Below are positions 1 through 12,712 of a stretch of 64,000 bases of DNA, in pieces. The stretch is taken from positions 222,148 to 286,147 of the forward strand of contig CM119264.1 of assembly GCA_051294375.1 (NCBI GenBank), in the 5' to 3' direction. Positions within the stretch are counted from its first letter, which is position 1; each line of letters begins with the position of its first letter. The notes beneath the pieces are model-generated. The model had not been told where the DNA came from. It did not search any database and saw only the letters and a list, made by a program, of their open reading frames with translations. The translations under genes and the position numbers were made by a program. This DNA is from Paraspadella gotoi. Its lineage: Eukaryota; Animalia; Chaetognatha.

Positions 1-245
1 TAACCTAATCCATAGCCTAATCCTTAACCTAATCCTTAACCTAATCCATAATCTAATCCTTAACATAATCCTTAACCTAATCCATAATCTAATCCTTAAC
101 CTAATCCTTAATAAAATCCTTAACCTAATCCATAATCTAATCCTTAACCTAATCCATAGCCTAATCCTTAACCTAATCCTTAACTAAAAAAATTAACCGA
201 TTTCTGAATTTAAGATAAAAGGAGGCGTTTTCGGATTAAAAGGCC
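1..245 (-). mobile_element. End of a TTAGGG-array MITE-like element (12-bp TAACCTAATCCT array plus TIR)
   Basis: 12-bp array at 1-185, then AAAAGGAGGCGTTTTCGGATTAAAAGGCC ending at 245. Confidence 0.6.
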
Positions 246-562
246 TTATTAATCTATCAAAGTGCTCCAGATTTTTGGGCAATTCAGTCTTTCTTTCTTT
301 TTACGATTTCCTTTGTTGTTCAACCTTTTTTCGCTTTGGAGTTTTTTTCTCTCCAAGAAACGAGGTCCTTTCTTTTGGTCCAGTCTTAACCTTGTTTCCT
401 TAGATGGAGTTGGTCCCTTTTCGAAGATTTGCTCGTCTTAAATCGGGCAAAAATGTGACCGACCGAGTTTCGGGTGCAAGCTGGTTTAGGGTCCCGGGAT
501 TTAACCCCTGTATACTCTTTCGATTCCTTAGCCTTTTCAATGATCAGAGTTGCCTATACTTT

Positions 563-609
563 TGTGGATAAGGCGCTAAGTGGGCTGAATACTACTGTCC
601 GTAACTTCA
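563..609 (-). mobile_element. Family-B 3' terminal fragment
   Basis: Reverse complement reads GAAGTTACGGACAGTAGTATTCAGCCCACTTAGCGCCTTATCCACA, matching the 3' ends of the 30071 and 40051 copies and defining a ...TCCACA terminus. Confidence 0.7.
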
Positions 610-611
610 TT

Positions 612-1535
612 GCCTCTTCTTTGTCTGTCGGTCTGTCTGTCTGTCGGTTGGTATCTCTGTACGTCGTTAAAAATGCATATAATTTGCCTATAGTTGATTG
701 CTCATTTGTTAAGACAGGAAAAAACCTCAAATTTAAAGGACTGCAAGCGCCGCCTTTAGGATATTCTAAACGATAAGGAAAAAAAGACTCAATGCAGAGC
801 ATGTCATAATTACAAGGGCTAAGAATTTTTATTTTTTTTGGTATAATTGATCCAGGTTTCTTCGCCTTTAATGGCGAGGGAGTTGGGCAAATCGCCAATT
901 GATATTATAAACAAACTTACTTTCAAACTACTATATAAATTAACAATAAACGATTTAATTGAATCAAAATAAAGAGAAACATCTCCCGGATTTGATCCCG
1001 GGAGAGTTGGTTCTCAAACAGAGACTTATTGTTTTACACCACGACGACTATTTAGTTTATATATTCCAGTTATGTCAATTATTGTAGCATGACATTCTGA
1101 TTATGTTAAAACAAAAGAACATTACAACCTTATGAAATTGGAGCGCTCTAGTAGTATTTCAATGGTTCTCATTCTTGTCATTCCATTGAGTTCTGAGTTC
1201 TTCTTGTAAATAAAATGTTCTACACATTTACTGTTTATTACTACAGTTTAAATACTTATTCTAATTGTTAATGTTTATTGATTTATGTTATTCTTTATTG
1301 ATGTTAGAATTATTTGTTATTGCTTTTTGCTTGTTAATGCATATAGATGCTATGGAATATCTATATGCTTTGATTATTTTATTAAGGTTGATTTTATAAT
1401 TGAACAAATAAAGATTTTGTTCTTGGAAAACATTTTTATCCTTTGAACGAACTAGTGAGGCGCAGACGCTCGTGGTGGCCGTTCACCACATATTCACTTC
1501 ACACGTGAAAATAAAATCACTGCGGCGCAACATAT
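612..1535 (+). mobile_element. HINE-like family H2 copy, apparently interrupted by an AT-rich dispersed repeat
   Basis: 612-760 matches ~54490-54590 (CCTATAGTTGATTGCTCATTTGTTAAGACAGGAAAAAACCTCAAAT). ATCACTGCGGCGCAAC at ~1517-1532 matches ~54674. Confidence 0.45.
960..1440. repeat. AT-rich dispersed repeat, homologous to ~10620-11075 and ~19680-20120
   Basis: Shared GAATATCTATATGCTTTGATTATTTTATTAAGGT and AAAACAAA.GAACA...GCTCTA.TAGT blocks in the same order, with a B-box-like GATT(T/C)GATCC near the left end. Confidence 0.6.
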
Positions 1536-1984
1536 TGGAATCACTGTTCGTGTTTAGTTAAAGATTAGCTTTCCTTCCTTCCTTCATTCCTTCCTTCCTT
1601 TCTTTCTTTCTATCTCTTTTTCCTTCTTTCTTTCTTTCTCTTTTTCATTCTTTTTATTTTTTCTTCTATTTCTTTTTCTCTCTCCTCTTCAGCGCTTTAT
1701 CCTCTAAACCGCCGGAAAAGCCGATTATCTCAGTCTGTCCGTCCGTCCGTTCGTTCGTTCGTTCGTTCGTTCGTTTGATCGCTCGTCCGTCCGTCCGTCC
1801 GTCCCTCCGTCCGTCCGTCCGTCCGTTTTTTGTCTAGAGTTTGATGTTCGTCTGTTTGTATATCTGTCAATCTGTCTGTCTGTCTATTTGTATAGCTGTC
1901 TATCTGTCTGTTACTCTCTTTATTAGTTTATTTCCATCGCATTATGATTTTTAAATTTTATTATTTTTTATAAACTTATGTATA

Positions 1985-2292
1985 TACACCGTGACAGGAG
2001 CGTCGCATCGTAACAAGAGCGTCGCCCCGTGACAAGGGCTTTGCACCGAGACAAGAACGTCGCTACGTGACTAGAGCGTAGCACCGTGACAAGAGCGTTG
2101 CACCGTGACAAGAGCGTTGCACCGCGAATAGAGCGTAGCACCGTGACAAGAGCGTTGCACCGCGACAAGAGCGTAACACCGTGACAAGAGCGTTGCACCG
2201 TGACAAGAAAGTCACATGACAAGAGCGTTGCACCGTGACAAGAGCGTTGCACCGCGACTAGAGCGAAGCACCGTGACAAGAACGTCGTGACA
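1985..2292. repeat. 19-bp minisatellite (CCGTGACAAGAGCGTTGCA)
   Basis: ~16 tandem units, read directly. Confidence 0.95.
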
Positions 2293-2485
2293 ACCGGCGA
2301 TTAGCCAGCGGCATCAGAGATACACTGGGGGAGAAGAGAAAGAAAGAAAGAAAGAAGAAAGAAAGGAAGAGAAAGAAAGAAAGATAAAAGAAAGAAAAAA
2401 AAGAAAAAAGAAAGAAAAAAGGAAAAGCAAGAAAGAAAGATAAAAAGAAAAAAAAGAAAGAAAAGAAAGAAAAAAAAAGAAAGAA

Positions 2486-2528
<43 letters not shown>

Positions 2529-2804
2529 GAATGAATATTATTTTCTTCCTTATGATGCGCGACTCTGATTGGCTGGAAAGTGTACCGTGAGTGACATGTC
2601 ACACAATATCTTCCTTCCATCGTGACCGGTCACACCAAATCTTCCTTCTGATGTGACCGACTGTGACACGCTTGCGAAATGTCACTTTTGATGCGACATT
2701 CTGTGACCGTTGCTGCGACAGAGTGTGACGAGACCTTCCTATTGGTCGAAATTTTGATACTGAGTGACCGAAGTTTTTATTGGTTAGAAAAAGTACAATT
2801 TGAT

Positions 2805-4240
2805 CCATCCATTTAAAAGTTTTGAGTTTGTATGAGAAGAGAAACTATTTTAATAGTTTTTAGAATATTTTTGGCGCCCTATTTTTGACAATATATTCTG
2901 AAGACCAAACGTCCGCATCAAAATGAATACAAACACTATATAAAAGTGATATCATTTGGGATTTTTTAGTTTTTTTAAGTTTTATATTTTGAATGATGAT
3001 TTACCATTTAGTTTTGAGTTTGTATGGAAAAAAGAAACTATTTTAAATAGTGTGTAGAATATTTTTTGGCGCCTTATTTTTGACAATATATTCTGAAAGA
3101 CCAAAACGTCAGCAATCAAAATGAGTACAAAACACTATATAAAAGTGATACCATTTGGGATTATTAGTTTTTTAAAGTTTTATATTTTGAATGATGATTT
3201 TATTAAAGGTGTAAGGAGATATCATATGCTACCATAATTTCTATTTCTGGTATACAATTGATTAGGTTAAGTAATTATTGGCCCCCTACTTCTTAAAAAT
3301 ATTATCATTTATTATTTATATATATTTTTTTTCTGCTTAAATTTAAAAATAATTATGACGGGAATCGAACGTCAAGCTTTTGGCATAAAAAAAATGAGAA
3401 CGGTCCAGGGTTTGAACCAGCTCCTTCATGTTTTCAATTCAAAAGAAGGGCTTGTTACCAAGTTACCAACAAAAGATAGTTTTATTGGCTAGTAAATGTC
3501 AATTTGATTCATCCATTGAAAGTTTTTAGTTTGTTAGAAAAGAGAAACTATTTTAATAGTTTTAGAATATTTTTGGCGCCCATTTTTTGACTATATATCT
3601 GAAAGACAAAAACTCAGCATCAAAACAAATACAAACACTATAGAAAAGTGATACTATTTGGGTTTTTTTAGTTTTTAAAGTTTTATAATTTGAATGAAGA
3701 TTTTATTAAAAAGCGTAAAGGAGGAATCCTAATACTATCATATTTTTATTTCTGGTATACAATTTATTATGTTTAGTATCTATTGGCACCCTACTTCTTA
3801 TAATATCAAATTATATTTTATATATTTTTTTTGTTTGAATTTTTTTAAAATACTACCATGGAATCGAACGTCCAGCTTTGGCATTATAAAAATAAAAACG
3901 TCACAGGGTTAGAACAGCAACCTTCATAATCAAAGGAAGGCCTTTTACCAAGTTACCAAGAATACAACGTTATTTTTGACTTGGGTTTAAAAGACTATCC
4001 AAGAAATTTATAATTTCTTTTTTTATTTTTAAATTTCTCTTTATTTAATAACAATTTAGTAGGTTTAATAACTATTGGCGACCCTACTTTTTAATAATAT
4101 CTAAATTTTTAAAAAAATACTACCGCAGGGAATCGAACGTTTAGCCTTTAGATTAAAAAAAAAAAAATTACAGGGTTAGAACCAAATACTTTCAGATCAA
4201 AGGAAGGCTCGTTACAAGTTACCAACATAATAATACTTTA
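2805..4240. repeat. Local AT-rich tandem duplications with repeated B-box-like motifs
   Basis: 2815-3000, 3010-3200 and 3515-3705 are near-copies. The GGAATCGAACGT...CAGGGTT(T/A)GAAC...CCAAGTTACCAA module occurs at ~3360, ~3860 and ~4129. Confidence 0.7.
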
Positions 4241-4605
4241 AACCTGAGATTATTAAGTATTAAAAGTTTTCAGTTAATTTAACTTATAATAAAAATTCGG
4301 CAATTTTCAAAATATTTAACCTTAACATATTTTTAAACTATAACTTGATCATAACCCTAATCCTAAACCTAATCTCAAATCCTTACCTAATTCTGGACCT
4401 TAACCCTAAGCTTTATCCTAATGTTAATTCTGACCCCTAACTTAAACCCTAGTTCCTACCTTTAACCCTAACCTACATAATTCGTAACCTTGATTACCGA
4501 TATGATCCCTAACCTCACACTTAACCCTAAACCTCCTACTTAATTTTCAACTAAAAAATTAACCTTATACTTAGCTATAAAAATTCGCAGTAATACATTG
4601 AAAAG

Positions 4606-5668
4606 GAAGAATTTGCACAGGGAATGAATTTGCACAGAGATGGATTATCATAGGAATAAATTTGCACAGGATGAATTTTCACGGGAATGAATTTGGCCAC
4701 AGGAATAAATTTTCACAGGATTGAATTTGCCAGGAATGAATTTCACAGGATTGAATTTGCACAAGAAGGAATTTGCACAGAAATGAATTTGGAAACCAGA
4801 TTGAATTTGCCAGGAATAATTTGCACAGGATGAATTTGAACAGGAATGATTGCAGAGAAAAAAATTTGCACAGGAATAAATTTTTAACAGGAATGAATTT
4901 GCACAGGAATAAATTTTGTGCAAATGTATTCCTGTAAATTTATTTCCTGTGCAAATTCATTCCTATGCAATTCATTCCTGTGCAATTGTATTCCTGTGTA
5001 AATTTATTCCTGTGCAAATTCATTCCTATGCAATTCATTCCTGTGCAAATTCATTCCTCTACAAATTCATTCCTGTGCAAATTCAAATCCTGTGAAAATT
5101 TATTCCTGTGTAAATACATTCTTGTGCAATTCTTCCTTGGCAAATTCAAATCTGTGCAAATTCATTCTGTTGTAAAAGTTATCCCTTTGCTAAAAGTTCA
5201 GAGCAAAAGTATTCCTGTGCAAAGGCATTCTTGTTCAATTTATTCTGTACAAAACATTTCTGGTGCAAATTCATTACTGTGCAAATTCAATCCTGTGTGC
5301 AAATTATTTCTGTTACAAATGTATTCCTGTGCAAATTTAATTTCTGTACAATTATTTCTTTTACAAATGTATTCTTATGCAAACTAATTCCTGTGCAAAT
5401 TATTCCTGGTGCAAATTATTCTGTGCTAATTCATTCCATGCAAATTTGTTCCTGTTCAAATTCATGCCTGTGCAATTCTTTTCTTACAAATGTATTCTGT
5501 GCAAATTGATTCCTGTGGCAAAATTTGTTCCTGTCAAATTCAATCCTGTGAAAATTGTTCCTTTCAAAAGTATTCCGTCAAATTTATTCCTGTGCAAATT
5601 CATTCCTGTGCAAATTATTCCTGTGCAAATTCATTCTTTTGCAAATTCATTCCTCTACAAATTATTCT
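4606..5668. repeat. 16-bp minisatellite in head-to-head (foldback) arrangement
   Basis: (AGGAATGAATTTGCAC)n from 4606 to ~4915 switches to its reverse complement (GTGCAAATTCATTCCT)n from ~4917 to 5668. Confidence 0.9.
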
Positions 5669-5929
5669 AAGGGGTGAACTTAGGTAATATTTGGTCTGAT
5701 TAACTGAGCATTGCTCAGTGAGCAAAGTGTTACTGATATTGCCTAGGTAAAGAAATGATTTTTTTTAATTAAGATAGGCAATTTGCTGAATCAAAATATA
5801 TTTGCTTATATTTTTTTTTTAAAGATAAATAAAACAAATATATTTTCTTTTATTGTTTTAATTTCTTTCTAAACTATATTTTCAAGTTTGTTATTACTAT
5901 ATTTAAGCCCAAAAATACTTTTCCCAGAT

Positions 5930-5954
5930 NNNNNNNNNNNNNNNNNNNNNNNNN
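5930..5954. other. Assembly gap (25 N); other gaps at 15816-15840, 25243-25342, 27037-27264, 31197-31249, 34066-34090, 38990-39469, 57312-57977, 59481-59505
   Basis: N runs read directly. Most border microsatellites. Confidence 0.99.
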
Positions 5955-7044
5955 AAAGAAAGAAAGAAAGATCGACAGAGAGAAAGGGTAAGGTTCGGGA
6001 CTTTTGACGTTTCACTTCTCGTATATCAGAGAGAGGGAGAGAGAGACAGAGAGAAGAGGAGGACGAGAGAGAGAAGAGAGAGAGAGAAGAGACCAGAGTG
6101 AAAAGAAGAGAGAAGAGACAAGACAGAAGAGGGAGAGAGAGAGGAGACGAGAGAGGAGAGAGATGCACGATGAGAGGAGAGATGGAGAAGAGAGAGAGAG
6201 ATGATGAGACGAGAGAAAGAGGAGAGAGAGAGAAAATATAGAGACGAGAGAGAGAGAGAGAGGAAAGGAGACAGAGAGAAAGAGAGAGAGGAAAGAGACA
6301 GAGAGAAGAGACAAGAGAAAGAGAGAGAGAGAAGAGACGATAGAGAGAGGAGAGAGAGTCAATGAGAGAACGAGACGGAGTACGACTGTAGAGAAGAGAG
6401 AGAAGATAAGTCTGAGGAGAGAGGAGAACAATCTCTTCTCTGTCACCTCAAAGCGAAAACGAGGCTAAACGCGCAAATCCATTTCCTTCTCCTCTCTCCT
6501 TCTCCTCTCTCCTTCTCCTCTTTCCCCTCTCTTCTCTACCTGTTCTTTTTTTTCTATTTCTTTCATCTCTTCTTTTCTTTTATTTTCTTTTTTCCTCCCA
6601 TCTGTGCCTCCCATTCTATCTTTTGCCTCCCATCTGTTTTCTTTCATTCTTCTTCCTCCCTTCTGTACCTTCTTTCCTCCACCCTGTTTCATCACTACTT
6701 CTTACGTCTGTTCTTCTCTTGTTTCTCTTCTTCCTCTTTTTTTTCAACCAAATTCACTTTTAATCCGATCTCACCCTTTCATTCACAGACCAAAAAGAGG
6801 AAGGCCCTTTTCACGAAACTTGACGAACCTCAACAGGTGAAAGGAAAAAAAAGTTGAAACTCAAAAGAAATATTCTGGTTCTCACAGAATCAAACAATTA
6901 TTTTATGGTTTTTTTCCTATTATATAATTAAAACATTCCTTAAAATATTAAATATTAAGGAGTTAATGAAATAAACTGTGAGAGAGTCTTGATTGAAACT
7001 GAAAAGACAGTAATTATTGTTATATGTCAGTGACAGAACCGTTC

Positions 7045-7258
7045 AATATAAGCAGTCCCTGAGCTTCGGATCAGGCTGTAACACCGTGCTACAGCTTGGT
7101 TAAGCGCCCCGTCCCTCTTAACTGCCAGACGACCACCGGGCTAGAACCCCGGACCTTTGGGTTGGGAGGCGAATGACTAGCCTCCGGCACCAATGGCCGC
7201 TGATGAACGGTTGGTGGATTTCAGTCCACCATAAAACCATGCAGGGACCTGCTATATT
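7045..7258 (-). mobile_element. ~210-bp element with ~17-bp terminal inverted repeats and internal tRNA-like box (family C; solo LTR or MITE)
   Basis: AATATAAGCAGTCCCTG ... CAGGGACCTGCTATATT. Minus strand carries TGGTGCCGGAGG...CTCCCAA...GGGGTTCTAGCCC (degenerate A/B boxes). GC-rich island in AT-rich DNA. Duplicate at ~16063-16268. Confidence 0.6.
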
Positions 7259-7740
7259 ATTATCAAAGGCAAGATAGCCTATTTAATGAAGGAATGGATG
7301 ATTTTTGTATTCGTTGTACTAATTTCATTTAAAATTAATGTTATAGTCGCAGTATCGACGTATCAATGCTGCCACCAAATAAACAAAGGATCCTCACTTA
7401 AAATGCTCTACTCTCTAAATTTTTAACACATCTCCAAACCTCTCCAAAGTCCATCTTAATACCCAGATGCCCTTTTCCAGCATTAAAATGCACCACATGT
7501 CAGAATGGCTCCCTTTTCTGCCAACTCTCAATGCACGGCTCTCACGAGTTCCCTCGAGATCTCGATCAATGATGAAGTGGCGCTGCCTTAGACTCCAAAG
7601 ACCGAGAGTCAAGTTGATTGAAAGAACGACGAGGGTTCTCCCCCCCGCCTTTCACGAGGGTTCCCCCCCCCCGCCTTCAACCCATTCTCGACCTTATTTC
7701 CCCCCGTTTTTCAAACCCCGCCATCTACCCAGCTTTACAA

Positions 7741-8199
7741 GACTTATTTTTTCGAAAAAAAGCCATGTTTAATTTTTTTAACCTAATCTCTGACCTAATC
7801 TTTACTGTTAATGACTTAGTTTGTGATTATGGTTAGGGATTTGGGATAAGCGTTTAGAGTGAGAGGTTAGGATTAGAAATTAGGGTTTAGGTTTATGGTT
7901 CAAGATTAAGGTTAGGGTTTAGGGTTAGGGTTCAAGATTAGGGTTAGGGTTAAGATTATAAATTTGGGTTTAGGTTGTAGGTTTATGGTTTAAGATTAGG
8001 GTTAGGGTTAGGATTAGAAATTAGGGTTTAGATTTATGGTTCAAAATTAGAGTTAGGGTTTAAGGTTGGGGTTCAAAATTATGGTTAGGGTTAAGGGGTT
8101 AGTCTATAAGTTTAAAAACCTATTTAGGTTAAATTTTAAATTTATAATTAATTTCTGAGAAAAACAAACAGAAATTGGACACACTCAGAAGAGAGAGCC
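7741..8199 (+). mobile_element. Same TTAGGG-array MITE-like family
   Basis: GACTTATTTTTTCGAAAAAAAGCCATGTTT ... (TTAGGG/TTAGG)n ... TATTTAGGTTAAA ... AATTGGACACACTCAGAAGAGAGAGCC. Duplicate at ~16760-17209. Confidence 0.6.
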
Positions 8200-8646
8200 A
8201 CTTTATCAGCTTCATTAGTCCAACTCAAGCCTAACCATACTTAAACGATATTACATAATTGAATACAAAAAACAGTAATGGTATCAATAATAATGTAAAA
8301 AGATGTTAACGCATTACACTGTTATGGATTAGGGTTTAGATTAGTGATTTGGGTTTAAAGATTAGGTTTTAAGACTAGTGATTTGAGTTAAGTAAGGATT
8401 AAGAATTTTTGTTAAGGTTAAATATTAGTATTAAAGATTGAGTTGTATGTTTGTTCATCGATATAAGCCGAAATAGGACGCCGTTGGAAAAGAGAGCCTT
8501 CACTCATATCGCATTCAACATTTTTTTTCGAGTCATGAATTTACATTTATTCCCGTTTCCTTTTTCACGCCATCTGTTAAGTTTTCAACTCTTTTCTTTG
8601 AGAAAAATCGAAAAAACCATGAGTCAAGTGAAAAAGAAGAAGAGAA

Positions 8647-8691
<45 letters not shown>

Positions 8692-8788
8692 CAAAGGGAG
8701 CCAGAGATGGATCGGAGAAAGGAATGAACGAACTAACAATGAGCTTTAATGATGGAAAGTCACTTTTTTTTAAAAGGAGAAGACAGAG

Positions 8789-8841
<53 letters not shown>

Positions 8842-9618
8842 GAATGAACTTTTTTCAGTGCGCGCACAAAATCGACGTCCGAAACTGTAAAGGCACGGGG
8901 GAAGGCTAAATGAAGAACAAGGCGTTGTACAGGGAGGGTTTACACCTCTTGAAAATGAATTAAATTTATAATTATTAATTTGAAAATTTTATAAATATTA
9001 ATCCCTATTAAAAATATTGCTAAAATAATAAAATAAGACTTTTATGAAAAGATATGAGCAATAATTTAAACTGCTACAACATGTAAATGAGATTGAAAAA
9101 CTTAATCTTAGATTGAATGTGAAACAAAGGAATGAGGTATGATCTTGAAGTTTACATTGAGTCAGAGGATCATGTCATGTCCTGTCAAGTCATGTCATAA
9201 CATCATGAGCAAAAAAAATTTTAATACCGTATAGCAAGAAACGGGTCACAAAAGTGAAGATTAGGTCAAAGATATAGAGAAAACCTGTGAGATGATGTGA
9301 GATGATAGATAATGATAGATAATTAAACATGGGTACGAGATACGGTATCATGATATCGTGATATCATGATATCATGACATCATGAGAAACGGTGACTTTT
9401 ATCTGAGTTTTCACTCCAGAGCCCGAGTGAAATGAAAGGGTGAGTTCCAGTGGTCGCGTTTTCAAATGTCTTTCGTTCGAAGATAAAACGTGTCCGTTAG
9501 AGGAATTTAAATCGCTTAAAGTCGAGGGAAAAGGGTGAAGCGTTTGGGGAAAAAGATGGCGCTCCGATCTGAGTGTTTTTAATGGACGCAAAGATTAAAA
9601 TGGCGATTGGCGATTAAA

Positions 9619-9973
9619 CGTCGTTCGTTCGTCGTTCGTCATTCGTTCATCTTTCGTTCGTTCGTTCGTTCGTTCGTTCGTTCGTTCGTTCGTTCGTTCC
9701 TCGTTCATTGTTCATCGTTTGTTCGTCTTCTTCATTCATTTGTTGTTCATCTTCGTTGTTTGTCGTTCATTCATCGTTCATCGTTTGTTCATCTTTATCG
9801 TCATCGTCATAGTTTGTCGTTGTTCGTCGTTCGTCTTCATCGTTCGTCTCCGACGTTCGTCATTTATCATTCGTCGTTCGTTCGTCTTCATCGTTCGTCT
9901 CCGACGTTCGTCATTTATCATTCGTCGTTCGTTCGTCTTCATCGTCGTTCTTCGTCGTATTTCGTCGTCGTCA
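9619..9973. repeat. Degenerate (TCGT/TCG/TCA)n simple repeat
   Basis: Read directly. Duplicate at ~18645-19030. Confidence 0.9.
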
Positions 9974-10201
9974 CTTAATTTTTTTCGATTTAAAAAAATG
10001 GAGGAGAGGGAAATTCCAGGTTCGACTCACGATGATAAAAAAAGGAGATTTGATTTCGCTTATTGACGGCAGAGGGCGTTTGGTCGGAAAGAGGCTGAAA
10101 GTTGGGCTTCATTATCCAAGAAAAACCCTTTTCATCTTTAAATTAGAAATTTTGTAAATTGTTTATGTTTAAAGTTCAGGCTAAAAGATAAGTCAGTTAC
10201 T

Positions 10202-10530
10202 GAACGGGTCCTGGGCTTGGCACCAGACTTTAGGGCTTTCCTTTCCTCCCAGTTTGTTTCTGGTCGAACTCACGCTTCCCGCAGGATCCTGGTACCAGAT
10301 GGTAATGAGCGGATGGAATTACTCAGTGAGCTACCAGGTCTCCGAAGGGAAATGGTAATGAGCTGATGGTATTGGTAATGGTAATGAGCTGATGATACTA
10401 CTCAATGAGCTACTGGGTCACCGAGGGGTAATGGTAATAAGCTGATTGTAATGGTAATGGTAATGAGTTGATATATTACTCAATGAGCTACCGGGTCACG
10501 AAGGGGGAACTTGTTGCAACTGTGGGATTC
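10202..10530 (-). mobile_element. Family-B element, diverged, with tandemly amplified tRNA-like 5' half
   Basis: AACGGGTCCTGGGCTTGGCACCAG is the reverse complement of the family-B body. Three units of GGTAATGAGCTGATG..TACTCAATGAGCTAC.GGGTCAC follow. Duplicate at ~19257-19575. Confidence 0.65.
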
Positions 10531-11253
10531 GTTCCCGAATTTTTCCGGTCTCCGGACTCGGATGGAATATGATCCTCAATTAAGGCCACAAAGAACTATA
10601 TCATTATAAACTATTTTATATTAGAAGAATTAAATTAAACTAAAGAGATTCGATCCTGGAACCTTCTCCACCATGAGTGAATGATTTGTAACAATCACCA
10701 TTATGATTTATAACATGTAGATATTCCAACTTTATTATTGTCATTGTTATAGCCTGTTAAATAACTATTCTAAAACAAATGAACAAAGGAAACACTTATA
10801 GATCAGTAGCTCTAACTAGTGATAACAATTCTACTTTGTTAAGTGAAACTTTTCACTATGTTTACTCAATCATCAAAGAAACTTATTGTCATGGAGTCAC
10901 TGCTTTAACAAAAGATTATTATTAATGCTTGTTATTGTAATATTAGTATTTGCTTGCTATTGCTTGTGTTTTGCCTTTTTATATGCATATAGAATATCTA
11001 TATGCTTTGATTATTTTATTAAGGTATTGTTTTTAATAAAGAACAAAACAAGCTTTGTTCAAGACTTTTTATTAAGCTTTAAAGCAAGCTAGAAACTCGC
11101 AACAAAGACGCCGATCCGACGACGCCGTCCTACAACGCCTCTGTCTCTGATCAAGTGGCGTCTATGTGCGTGGTGAACTATTTCCGGTCTCGACGCCAAT
11201 TCCGAGAATCGACCCGTTCACCACACAACTACGAAACTATGAGTGTTAATTAT

Positions 11254-11727
11254 CGATGAATGTGAATGAATGTGAATGAATGTCGATTAATATGAATGAA
11301 TGTCAATGAATATCAATGAATGTCATTGAATGTCGATGAATGTTGATGAATGTCAATGAATTTCGATGAATGACAATAAATGTCGCTGAATGTCGATGAA
11401 AATGGATGAATATTGATGAATATCGATGAATGTCAATAAATGTCGAAGAATGTTGATGAATGTCAATAAATATTGATGAATGTCGATGAATGACGATAAA
11501 TGTCGATGAATGTCGATGAAAATAGATGAATATTGATGGATATCGAAGAATGCTAATGAATATCGATGAATGTCAATGAATATTGATGAATGTCGATGAA
11601 TGTCGATGTATGTCGATGAATATTGATGAATATCGATGAATGTCGATGTATGTCGATGAATATTGATGAATTTCGATGAATGTCGATGAATATCGATGAA
11701 TGTCCATGAATGTCTATGAATGTCCAT
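11254..11727. repeat. 10-bp minisatellite (GATGAATGTC)
   Basis: ~45 tandem units. Duplicate at ~20300-20775. Confidence 0.95.
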
Positions 11728-12076
11728 AAAAGTAAAAGAACTTTCATGAATGTAAATGTAAATGTAAATGTAAATATCTCGGTCATTTTAAAAGAAGAGT
11801 TTGATTCCTTCTTTGGTTTTGTTTTGTTTTTGTTTTTGTTTTTTTTTTTTTTTCATTTCTGAGTCCTCCGAAATCCTACTGATGAAAAATGTAAGATAAA
11901 CGTAGACTTTTTTGATATTTAACTAACAAAAATTATATAAAATTAAACTTATGTTGTTCCAACGCACGAACGAAATCCTTTGAAAAAAAAGTTGAAAAGG
12001 AAAAACGCATCCCTGCTTTTTGAAAGTCGATTTCGTGAGAAGAGAAAAGAGAGAGAGCGAGACAGTGAAAGAAACA

Positions 12077-12116
<40 letters not shown>

Positions 12117-12202
12117 GTGTGAAAAAGGAAAAACTAAAAATAGCGTGAATAAAAGGAAATTTTCATTTTCTCAGTCCAACGATTTCGTGAAACATTGCAA
12201 GC

Positions 12203-12244
<42 letters not shown>

Positions 12245-12288
12245 AGAGAGTCCAACTATTTCGTGAAAACATTGCAATCAAAGTGAGG

Positions 12289-12353
<65 letters not shown>

Positions 12354-12448
12354 AGAGAGGAGAGGAGAGAGGGAAAGAGTAGAAGAGAAAATAGTGAAAA
12401 AAGTAGTGAAATGTTGTGAATCTTAATTTCAGACTGAAAATCAAAAGA

Positions 12449-12484
<36 letters not shown>

Positions 12485-12651
12485 AGAGAGAGAGATTTTA
12501 TTGAGCCCCGACCGAATGCTTTGATTGCCCTGATTCCTTGATGTTGAGATGCAAAATTGATGCCAGTTGACTATAAGACGTATTTGGACAGTGGTTCCCC
12601 TGAACCCGATTTGACTTTATAATTTCATGCTGTTTTTTTTATCTCTCTCTT

Positions 12652-12712
<61 letters not shown>

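Noticed and set aside
1-185. True telomere or chromosome end
   Set aside because: The unit is a degenerate 12-mer bounded by the MITE-like TIR, and similar tracts occur throughout the window.
1985-2292. CRISPR-like array
   Set aside because: The units are contiguous with no unique spacers, there are no cas genes, and the context is eukaryotic.
7199-7240. CTGATGA followed by a hairpin: hammerhead ribozyme?
   Set aside because: There is no GAAA after the stem and no stem I/III with an NUH site.
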